In this document: positions 1 through 11,300 of the stretch, piece by piece
Position numbering within the stretch: the stretch's first letter is position 1
Layout: every line of letters starts with the position of its first letter
Assembly: GCF_001194135.2 (NCBI RefSeq)
Contig: NC_069006.1
Coordinates: forward strand, 164,389-228,388
Length of the DNA stretch: 64,000 bases
DNA from: Octopus bimaculoides
Taxonomy: Eukaryota
Direction of reading: 5' to 3'
The notes under the pieces: model-generated
The model's input: the letters and a program-made list of their open reading frames with translations, nothing else
Database searches by the model: none
What the model was told of the DNA's origin: nothing
Position numbers and translations under genes: made by a program

Positions 1-910
1 CATATCGTAACCATAGTGTTGGTTTTAGTGGTGTTGATCCTAAAGCCAAATTCTCAAAGTATTCCATGTATATATTGGCCATTACCGGTGATAATGGTGA
101 ACCCATAGCTAAACACTCCTCTTGTCGATATACATCAATGTCCATACTGAAGTAGGTAGTTTCTACACAGAAGGTCAAACATTACTATCAAGTTTCTTAT
201 TGGTATACTAGTGCGTTCTTTTAGATGGGTGTCTGTCACTAGTTTATCTTGTATCACCGATAGTGCTTCACCAGACTTATCACATCTAGACTCACCATCT
301 GGTTGGATTCAATGGGGGTATCCTTGATCAATTCTGTGAAATGGGTGGAATTCTTCACGTACGATGTTGACTTTCCTGCTAATGGACTGATTATATCCAC
401 AAGGAAGCAGCTCAGTGGATGACATGCTGAACCTCTACAGCTCCCTATAGGTCTTAATGGAATACCATCCTTGTGAATCTTGGGGAGACCATACATGTGT
501 GGTAGTTTACTGTGGTGTTGAGTCAGTTGTGTGTACTTCATTGGTGTAAAGTGATCCTTGTTCTTGATCAAGATCTGTGACAACTTCCTCTCTGTTTTCA
601 GAGTTGGGTCTTTCTTTTCTTTGCTATAGCTACCATCACTTGCCAGTTTTTCCGAATAGTCAGATTTCTTCATCACCACTGTAGCATTTCCCTTGTCTGC
701 TGGAAGTATTATGATGGAATTGTCACTCTGTAGTCTTGGTTTAGGAAGTTTTGCTTTTTCCAGTACCTGTCTCACTTTCCACCTTAGTTCATCTCCCTGA
801 GCTTTTGGTATCTTTATGGCCATCTCTTCAATAAGGGCTATTATGTCCAAGTATGGAATACACTTGGTGGTTGTTGCAAAGTTGTGATCTTTGTTTAGTA
901 CTGCTTCTTC
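1..910 (-). mobile_element. Penelope-like retroelement reverse transcriptase fragment (frameshifted, runs off the window)
   Basis: ADKGNATVVM, YGLPKIHK..PLRPI and SLDVISL in ORF 254-850. A second frame in 1-200 gives LAMGSPLSPVMANIYMEYFE. These are PLE RT signature motifs. Confidence 0.85.
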
Positions 911-929
911 AGAGCTTTCTAAATGTCAT

Positions 930-1191
930 AATGTGAAGACTTTTAGTCTAAAATACGCTAAATCAGTGAAGGAAAAATACATCACTAAATACAATAATCC
1001 ATCATCTATTACAGTTTAAGCTTACATCGATTCCTCCGTAGTGTTGTTTTGCATTTATAATAAAATAAATATATACAAATTATAGAAAAATAATAAAAAA
1101 AACATACAGTACTGTTTCTATTTTCTAGATTTCCACCTATTGCGGGAGGTTTTGGAACATAACACCCGTGATAATCGAGGGATTACTGTAA
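930..1191. mobile_element. Tigger/pogo-like DNA transposon terminus
   Basis: Ends ...CCCGTGATAATCGAGGGATTACTG|TA, which resembles TcMar-Tigger TIRs; the partner TIR is not found. Confidence 0.4.
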
Positions 1192-2209
1192 TTCTAATAA
1201 AAATAACGAGCATTTTGAAAATTATGTGATAGCATTGATGTGTCATCGTTACCTTGACAACCAACAACTGAATCCACTCTCAAGGCCTTGATCAATCTGT
1301 GGTTATAGTAAAAGACACTTGCCTAAGGTGCTACGCAGTGGAGCAGAACTCAGAACCACGTGGTTGGGAAGCAAGCTTCTTACCACATACCCAGGTAGTT
1401 CTTTTTTTTTTAGATAAAGTATGAGCTTGAAAAAGCTGAGTCAATGGAGAGGACTTTCCAACTCAGGTGAAATCTCTGAGCAGTTTAAAGTTTCTGATAT
1501 CCAAGTGGCTAAAAAGCCACCTTAATAATAATTCTTACTGATTTTGGATAAGAGCAGCAATTTTGATGAGAGGGAATTAGTCAATTACATCAACCCTAAG
1601 TACTTGACTGATCCTTATTTTTAATCCACCCTGACAGTCAACCTCAATAGCATTTGAGCTCAGAATGTAAAGAAGCAGAAAAAAATGCTGCAAAGGAGTT
1701 CTGCCAGCTCAACACCCGAGCACTAATAATAATAATAATAAAAATCCTTTTTACTAAAGGCACAAGGACTGACATTTTGGAGGAGGAGACTAGTCGATTA
1801 CACTGATCGCCAGTATTCAACTGGTACTTAANNNNNNNNNNNNNNNNNNNNNNNNNNNNNNNNNNNNNNNNNNNNNNNNNNNNNNNNNNNNNNNNNNNNN
1901 NNNNNNNNNNNNNNNNNNNNNNNNNNNNNNNNNNNNNNNNNNNNNNNNNNNNNNNNNNNNNNNNNNNNNNNNNNNNNNNNNNNNNNNNNNNNNNNNNNNN
2001 NNNNNNNNNNNNNNNNNNNNNNNNNNNNNNNNNNNNNNNNNNNNNNNNNNNNNNNNNNNNNNNNNNNNNNNNNNNNNNNNNNNNNNNNNNNNNNNNNNNN
2101 NNNNNNNNNNNNNNNNNNNNNNNNNNNNNNNNNNNNNNNNNNNNNNNNNNNNNNNNNNNNNNNNNNNNNNNNNNNNNNNNNNNNNNNNNNNNNNNNNNNN
2201 NNNNNNNAG

Positions 2210-2540
2210 CCATGTGGTGAGAGGAATTCTTTGGGGTTTGAATAATTCACCCTTGGAAACATGGGTGTTTTGCTCAACATCCTTAAACAAACCTTATTTA
2301 GGGAACTTTTGAGCAGGATGGGCTACTCGACCTGAAGAAAATTCTAACTGGGCCCCACCTGCGAGGTCATGTGCTGTTTATCTTGATATGAGATCACCAT
2401 GTCACGCACATATGGTTGTGATGCACGTGCCTGGTGTACCCTTATTAGACGGGTAGTCACGATGGGTATAATGGGCTTCGTATATTTTACCCCAGTGTCA
2501 CTTTGATGGCATGCACTGCTCTCTCACTCAATAATAATAA
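2210..2540 (+). mobile_element. Dispersed SINE-like repeat with (AAT)n tail; inverse copy at ~40985-41225
   Basis: Clear reverse-complement similarity between the two copies. Confidence 0.6.
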
Positions 2541-2769
2541 ACACTTTTGTAAAGTCATTTCATTGATTACATTTTATACAGAATTTGAGCTGTTTCCACA
2601 TCAAACCCACCAATTTTACAAAAGATGGTTAATATTTCTCCACTTAGATTAATTTAGTTTCCTGTTTCACCTGAAGATTAAAAGACAAGGAAACAATAGG
2701 ACTCTTGTTCACTTCAAACAATTAACAAAAATAAAGACATTCTCTGCTTAATAATTAATATCTAATAAT

Positions 2770-3715
2770 GATAATAATAATCTTTCTACTCTAGGCACAA
2801 GACTTGATATTGTGCGGTGGGGGTAAGCTGGATATATTGACCCCAGTGCACGACTGGTACTTATTTCACTGAAAAGATGAAAGCCAAAGTTGACCTCAGC
2901 AGACCTCAGTGTAAAGTGCCACAAGAAATGCTGTTCAGCATCTCGTCCAAGGGTGGTAATGTTCTGCTAAGTTACCATCCTAGTAACAAAAACGACAATA
3001 ATAATAATAATTATCTTTTCTACTGGAAGCACAAGGCTTCAAATTTTTTGGGGAAGGGATTAAGTCGATTGCAATGGCCTCAGTACGCAACTGGTACTTG
3101 ATTTATCAACCCCGAAAGAATGAAAGGCAAAGTAGACCTCGGTGGAATTTGAACTCAGAGCGTAGCAGCAAACGAAATACTGCTAAGCATTTTGCCTGGC
3201 ATGCTAACGATTCTGCCAGCTTACCACCTCTGATGATAAAAATAATAATAATAATGGTTTTAAATTTAGGCATAAGGCCTGCAATTTTGAGGTGGGGAGG
3301 GTCAGTTGATTAGATTGACCCCATTAGTAGATAGGTACTTTGTTTTATCCCAAAATAACATAAAAATAATATCAACTTTGGTGGAATTTAAACTCAGAAC
3401 GTAAAAAGAGCCAGAAGAAATGTCAGTAAACATTTTGTCTGATCTGATGAGGATTCTGCCAGCACAGCTGGTTAATAAGAGTAATAAAGCCTTCCTACTC
3501 TAGGTACATGGCCCCCATTATGTAGAAGGGCTGAGGGTGGGGGGTAGTCAATGGTATCGACCCCTGTCTTCAATTGGTACTTAATTTCATCAACCCCGAA
3601 ATGATGAAAAACAAAGTCAACATTGGCGGAATTTGAACTCAGAACATAGCGGAAGATGAAATGCTACTAAGCATTTCACCCAGCATGCTAATCATTCTGC
3701 CAGCTCCCCACCTTC

Positions 3716-3720
<5 letters not shown>
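2770..3720 (-). mobile_element. Head-to-tail array of four tRNA-derived SINEs (family B, (ATT)n tail)
   Basis: Repeated GAGCTGGCAGAATCGTTAGC...GAGTTCAAATTCC (B box) units separated by (AAT)n. Confidence 0.85.
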
Positions 3721-3771
<51 letters not shown>

Positions 3772-4090
3772 TAATAATAATAATAATAACAATAATAATA
3801 ATAATAATAACAATAATAATAATAATATGCTTGAAATTTTTGTGAAGATATATTATTTCAATATATAATATTTTGATTTTTCTTTTTTTTTAATAAGTAT
3901 TGTAATCTGGGTTAGAGAAATAAATACAGATTCTTGCAGAGATCTTTCTATAAAGTTCCACAAAAGAGATCCCCATCTAGAATGGTGCTTGTCCTTTGAG
4001 AATTCACCACCAATAAGGTTTTGTATTAAGAGTTCACTGAAGACGGCTCTGGTCCTAGGTAGAGGGCTCCCAATAGGGAAGATCCTGTGT

Positions 4091-4128
<38 letters not shown>

Positions 4129-4168
4129 AAGGGGGGGGGAGAAAAATAGAGAACACTTTTAGAGAGAA

Positions 4169-4174
4169 TTTATT
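4169..4174 (-). terminator. Candidate mitofusin polyadenylation signal AATAAA
   Basis: AATAAA on the minus strand ~875 nt after the stop, followed by a GT/T-rich tract; other sites are possible. Confidence 0.4.
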
Positions 4175-5048
4175 TTCCATTTATAAACTTCCTCTGTGTG
4201 TGTATGTGTGTATATATCTATACATACATACATACATATACATACATAAACATAGACACACACATACATTCATATACACATGCATGAGTATATATATATA
4301 TATATATAATTACATGCACACTCATATACACATACATTCATACACACACACACACACACACACAGATCCCATCCATCGGTTTTCAGTTAGCAGGATATTT
4401 GGGTCAATGGAAACAGACACCAGTCCCAGGTGGCACATGGTGGAAATGAACCTGGGACTGCATGGTTGTAAAGTGAATTTCTTAACCATTTGGTCATGTC
4501 TGTGTCAACATATCCACACACACACACACACAGAGATTCATGCAGAAACAAAGATAGTGCATCAACATGGTTTTGGTTGGAATCACTAAAACTTATATGC
4601 ACACACATAGGCTGGTATGTATATGTGTGTGCATATGTATATGTATGTATGTGTGTGTGTGTATGTGTATGCACGTGTGTACATATTTATATACACATGC
4701 ATATAAAGTGTATATGTGGTTTCATCTCCTGCTGATACACATAATATATACACTCTCTGATAGTATAGTCCACAGAATCTTCAAGAAACAGACAGAGGGA
4801 GAGACAGACAGACAGAGAGAGAAGACAAAGCTATAAGGCTGTACTTTTAATATACATAGATGATGGAATCAGCTGACCAACTAATCAGATCAGACTTCAT
4901 GAAACTGTCCCCGCTTTTTACAGTTCTTTGCCAACTGACAGCTCGGTTTGTTGCCAAACAAGCAGAGTTCTGCTTCACTCGGTCACTGTGTCTATCATAG
5001 TGGACAGAAGCAGCTGCATCCATACGTAAAACTAAACTGGACCCTGGT

Positions 5049-5118
5049 TCAAACCTCATGCTGGAGGTATTGGTTGGTGAAGGACTTCAATTCACTGTCT
5101 AACCAATCAGCTTTGTTT
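5049..5118 (-). CDS. MFN2: Mitofusin terminal coding exon 17 ([22 protein letters not shown])
   Basis: ttttttacag| acceptor; NKAxWLDSEL motif; TGA at 5049-5051. Confidence 0.95.
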
Positions 5119-8100
5119 CTGTAAAAAAGAAAGAAAAACGTAAAACAAAATGGCAGAGTGGAAAGCCTTTTGCATTTAGGAACTGGTCAGATCCAGTCAA
5201 AATATTTCTACCTGCTTCAGGTTCAAACTGCTGGAATCCGGCTAAAATATTCTGTTTTATGTTCAAACTGGGCAAATCTAGCTTCTCACACCTACCCTAC
5301 AATGTCATTCTGAAAATAAATAATTACATCATCATCATATGTCTGTTTACCATGCTGGCATGGGTTGGACTGTTTGAGAGGCTTTGGAAAGCTGGAGAGT
5401 TACACCAGGCCCCACTTGTCTGTCCTGACATGGTTTCCACAGCTGGAAGCCTTTCCTAACACCATCCCCTTTACAGAGCATACTAGCTGCTTATTACATG
5501 CTACCAGCACAGGTGCCCTTTACTTGGCACTGGTATAAATGAACCTTATGTTCGACAGAGCTATCTGAATATCAAAATGTTTAAAGATGATGCCAAGAGC
5601 AATACTTATTTGGCTGCTGAGGCCTTCAACACACAGAAAACAACAACAACTACGACTACAATTTCGAATCAATAACAATAAGAGCAAGAATCTCAACTGT
5701 TGAGGGCAGTTGTAAAGGATGTCTTGGGTAACTTTAACCCCTTCATTGAAATACAATGCCTTTATTTCAATTAATTTTGAAAATAACAAAGAGTTTATTA
5801 AAGTCACTGTGTCATTATTAAAGCTAATGTTTGAAGCATGAATTAACACAGAAGTTTGAGGGTTTTCATTTAAATCAGTTCAAACCCTTTTGTTGTCAAA
5901 TCTCTTTCTTGTTTCAGTCATTTGACTGTGGCCATGCTGGAGCACCACCTTAAAGAATTTTCTTTTAGTTGAAGAAATCGACTCCAGGGTTTATTCTTTG
6001 TAAGCCTGGCACTTAGTCTATTGGTGTCTCTTGCTGAACCGCTAAGTTACAGGGATGTAAACACAGTTGTCAAGTGATGGGTGGGAGGAGAAAAACAAAT
6101 ACAGACACAAAGACATGCACATAAACGCACACATATATAAATAAATGATAAGGGCAAACTACTCTATTAATCCATACCTAAAAATCTTTACATGCTAGCT
6201 ACCTGATAAAATCCTATATAGATTTTTATCTTTGATTATAATATATATATACACACACACATATATATATATACATATATATACATACATAACGGGCTTT
6301 CAATTTCCTTCTACCAAATTCTTTCACAAGGCTATAGTAAGAGATACCAGCGCAAGGTGCCACACAGTGAGACTGAGCCTGGAACCATGTGGTTAGGAAG
6401 CAAGCTTCTCACCACAACAACCACACCTGCACCTTTGTTTAACTTAATTTTGAAAATAAAGAGGAATTTAGTAAAATAACTCTACAATTATTAAGCTTGT
6501 GTTTGAAACATGAATCAATACAAAAGTTGAACGTAAGGTTTTCCTCTAAATCACTTTAACCCTTTTGTTACCATATTTCTGTTGAAACACAGATTTTGTT
6601 TCAATTAATTACAAAAGCAAGAATTTAGTAAAATAATTTCATTATTAAGCTGATGCATGAAGAATAAATTAACATGAAATTCTGCAGAATGGTTTTAATT
6701 TAGATCAGTTTAAGACATTAAGTTTGTACCATGGAACGAAGGGTGGTCTCAGTCAGGTTGGTATCAAAAGGGTTAAACTTGGAGCAGCCCAAATATCTCT
6801 CAGTGAATTTCTTCCAGAGAGAAACAAGGAGAGGTGAATCAGACACCAGTCCTTGATTGGTGCTTTATTGTATCAAAGGACAAAGTTGACTTCAGCAGAA
6901 TTTGAGCTCAGAACGTAAACAGTTGGAAGAAATACTGTCTGCCAGATCACTGCCTTAACAACAACAACAACAACGAGGAGGAGGAGGAGGAGAAGAGGTT
7001 GAAGCAGCAATGTCACAAACCTGAGTGTCTTTGACTTGGAAGTGACGTCCTTTAACTGGTCAATGTCCTTCTGGATTTTATTGATTTCATCTTCCAATTG
7101 ACTCTTGGACAGGTCAACTTGGTGGCACACAACGGAGAAGGTGGAGGTCAGCTCCCTGTTGTTGTGGACGGTGTTGGAAAAAGAGAGTGAGTGAGTGAGA
7201 GGGTATGAGAAAGAGAGAGTGGTAGGGGACGTGTGTAGGCATGTTGTTATGAGGTGTGGAAGGGTGGGGTGGGGCGAGTGGATGAGAGACAAGGAAGGAA
7301 GGAAGGAAGGAGAGAGTAGCACATGTGAATGTGGAGTGGAGGCAGAAGTGAGAGGAGAAAGACAAAGAGAACACTGTGTGTGTGTGTGTGTGTGCATGCT
7401 AATAGCAGCATGTGTGTGTAGTAGTAGTAGTATAGCAACAATAATGTATTAATGTATGAACAGGAGTTGTACTGTACCAGTTTATTTTATATTGTTTTTT
7501 TTTTTAAGGTTGGGTTCCAACCTGGGGCTGCAGCAACTAAGTCCACTTTCCACACCTCTGGGTCACTGCCTCGAGGTTCTGGATACACTCCAGGACAGTG
7601 TCCGTGAGCAAGTTGTCAATGTAAGGGTGCCAATGTTTGCCTCTTCCTCCATCACCATAAACTGGGTTCCACAACACTAATTTGGACGGTTCCAGTTCAG
7701 GTGGTGCATGCAATGACCAGAGTTGCCAACGCTGTCTCTTTACCTGATCTTCTCGCTAATTATCACCAGGTCCTCATAAAAGTATTCATTTGTCATCTGT
7801 TGCTGCCATTTCACATTTAGGGCCCTTGTGTAGCCTGTTTGATAATTTCCTTGTCAGTGTCAGTGTCTATGCTTCACTGATTTGACTGTTGGTGTGTGTG
7901 TGTGTGTGTGTGCATTAAAACATCTGTATGCATGCGTGGTAGTGTTTCAGTGAATCTGTGCATGCGTATGTGTGAGATAATTCACTGGCAATAGGTATGA
8001 AGGGTCAATAGTGATGGCGTCCACAATGCTTCACTTGGTGACCACAGCCGGGACCGGACGAGTGTGTGTGTGTGTGTGTGTGTGAGACTGTGGCTAGCAT

Positions 8101-8318
8101 CTTACTCACTGTTTCACCTGGTGACTGCAGTTGGAGCTGGTCAAGTCAACAATCAGACGTAGCTTGCTGCTGGCGTATTCCACGTACTGGCGTTTGAAAG
8201 CTCGTTCCTTGGCCTTGTTGGTCCATGTTAACCGCTCGTAGCAGTAGAGCAGACCATACAGGGCCCCACTCACTGCAATCACCCGCCAACCAGCTGCTTT
8301 AGCAATCTGTAAATCATA

Positions 8319-8362
<44 letters not shown>

Positions 8363-11300
8363 TTTTCTACTACAAGCACAAGGCCTGCAATTTTGTGTGT
8401 GAGTGGGGGGGTGGAGCTAGCCAAGCACACCGACCTCCCCCACCACCACAGTTCTCAACTAGAATCTATTTTGTTGACTCTGAAAGGATGAAAGGCCAAC
8501 CTCAGTAGAGTTTGAACTCAAATTGTAAAGATGGAACAGGTGTTGCTAAGTATTTTTGCCTGGCATGCTAATGATTCTGCCAGCTCGCCCACCTTAATAA
8601 TAATAATAATAATAATAATGGTCTCAAATTTCGGCACAAGGCCAGCAATTTCAGAGGAAGGGCCTCAGTGTTAACCTGATATTTATTTTATCAACCCCAA
8701 AAGGACGAAAGGCAAAGTTGACCTCAACAAAATTTGAACTCAGAACGTACAGATGGATGAAATACTGCTAAGCATTTTGTCAAGTGTGCTAATGATTCTG
8801 CCAGCTCACCACAATAATAATAATAATAATAATAAATAATAATAGTAAAGGTTTCAAATTTTGGTAATAAGGCCAGCAATGTTAAAGGAAGGGAAAGTTG
8901 ATTACATTGACCTCAGGGTTCATCTGGTACTTATTTCATTTCATTTATTTTTAGTGACAGTGGCAATTAAAAATAATAAAAAAAAAGGTTTGTACTTTGA
9001 ACATAAAATGGATTTAAATACCACAATACATTTCATCTGAGTGAAGGAGTATGGCCTAGTGGTTAGGCTGTTGCATTCACAATCACTAGATCATGGGTTC
9101 AATTCCCTGACTGGGCAGTACACTGTGTTTTTGAGCAAAGTACTTCATTTCATATTGCTTCAGTCCCTGCTTTGATCAGGGGAAATGTTGGCCTGCTCAG
9201 CTAGCCAGTGGGATGGTGTCATTCAATTAGCTAAAACAATGCTAAAAGTGCATTGTGACCAGTGATGTGTAACAACATCTGATAGCGTGGTCAGTCACAT
9301 GATCACAATTTCATCTGATGTTCTACAAATCCTCCAAAGAGCCAGCCAATAGCAGGGAATCACTTGGCTGTCACTTCACGAACAAGAATGCATTTCCTTC
9401 ATTTTGAAGGAAACTGAAATTTGATGATGTCTAATATATTTGACTATGGATCAGAAGACTCCAGGTTCTAATGCAGACAAACTCATAAAACAGGGAGCAT
9501 TAGATGCAGGCATGGTTGTGTGACCAAGAAAAACACTTTGGAACCGTGTGATTTCAGGTTCAGTCCCACTGCATGCCACCTCAGGCAAGTGTTTTCTACC
9601 ATGGCTCCAAATCATTGTAAGTGGATTTGGCAGATGGAAACTGTTGACGCCTTTCTCATGCTTGAGAAGACCTGTTGAGTCAAGTAAAACCAAAATTATA
9701 GTTGTGGCACATGAAATTCCATTCCAGTGGCACATGAAATGCATCATCTGAATGTGGCAGATGCTGGGTCTGCCCGACTGGCATGTAAAAAGTGTCATTT
9801 GAATGTGGCTGATGCTGGGTCTGCCCGACAGGCTCCTGTGCTGGTGGCACATAAAAAGCACTATCTGAACATGATCGATGCCGGGGTTGCCTGACTGGCT
9901 CCCGTGCTAGTGGTACATAAAAAGCACTCATTACACTCTAGGAGTGGTTGGTGTTAGGAAGGGCATCCAACTATAGAAACATTGCCAGATCAGATTGGAG
10001 CCTGGTGCAGCTGCTAGCTTTCCAGACCTCAGTCAAACCGTCCAACCCATGCCAGCATAGAAAACGGACATTGAATGATGATGATGGTAAACAGCTAGGT
10101 CAATGTAATACCATAATGGAAAACTTTAATCATCACTAAATTTGACTGATGGTACCAAAGCACCTACATTGCTAGAAATAAGACTTAAAAAACTCTTCTT
10201 AGAGCATTAAGAGTTTTTAACTTATTTCTAGCAATGTAGGTGCTTTGACACCCTCAGTCAAATTCAGTGACGATTATATACATATACATATATACATATA
10301 TATACATTGTTTTATCACGGACTAGATTATTTGACATAGATGGAGAAAGGTAAAATAAGTGGAGTGTAACATACCATTCCTACGAGAACCATGGCACCGA
10401 CTGTGGTGCGAGAGGTGACTGAGGCAAATGTGCTTAACATAGCAACAAGGACTTCACTGGATTGAGATACATCTGTGGCTGCTGGCTGTTGGGATTGTGG
10501 GGTCTGCAAGAGAGGGAGAGAGTGATTAATGGGTAATTAGAGAGAGAGAGAGACGGGGAGAGAGAGAGAGACGGGGAGAGAGAAAACAAGGATAACGAAG
10601 AAAGAGAAAGAGACAAAGAAAAATGAAACAAAGAGGAAGAAAAATGGAGATATTGAAAGAAAGAGAAACAAGAAACATGAAAGAGGGAGAGAGAGAGAGA
10701 GAGAGAAACAATGAAAGAGAGAAAAGAGTATAAGGAAAGAAAGAGAAAGTAAAAGAAAGACAAGAAAGAGAAAAAGACAAAAAAAAAAGGCTGTGTTGAT
10801 ATTTACCGTAATTCCTCCGATTAAATAATTCTGTTTCTTCATTGGCAAGAAAAACCGTTGCATGAGAGCTGTCGGACCAAAAGAGAATCGGAACTCAATG
10901 TCTTCATGGAAGTCAGCACAGAGGTTGCGACAGTCTAACCGATACATAAGCTCAAAGTCCCGGTTTGGGAACGGCAGTTTGTTTTGGATTTTCTCTTTAT
11001 CTTTCAGGAGAGTGGCCATTTGCTCTGTCGGACGTCAACGTGTCAGGTGTCGTGGGATAAGGAACAGCAACGGCAAAATCACAACAAGGATGACGAGGAC
11101 ATGTAGCAGAAAAAAAAAGAAAGATGGGGGGGGGAGAAGATGACAAGATTAAACAAGCTTTTGAGATTTCAATGTGGGAACATCAACGACAGAGGAACAA
11201 ACAAGATAAAACAAATGAGGTGTGTGTGTGTGTGATTCTATCTAAATGGGTGTTGTTTTTCTGTTTAACCCTTTTTGATACCAAAATGCCTGAGACTGCT

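Noticed and set aside
2320-2370. CTGAAGA motif resembling a hammerhead core (also 2661-2690 and 28111-28140)
   Set aside because: No paired stem II followed by GAAA and no stem I; chance matches.
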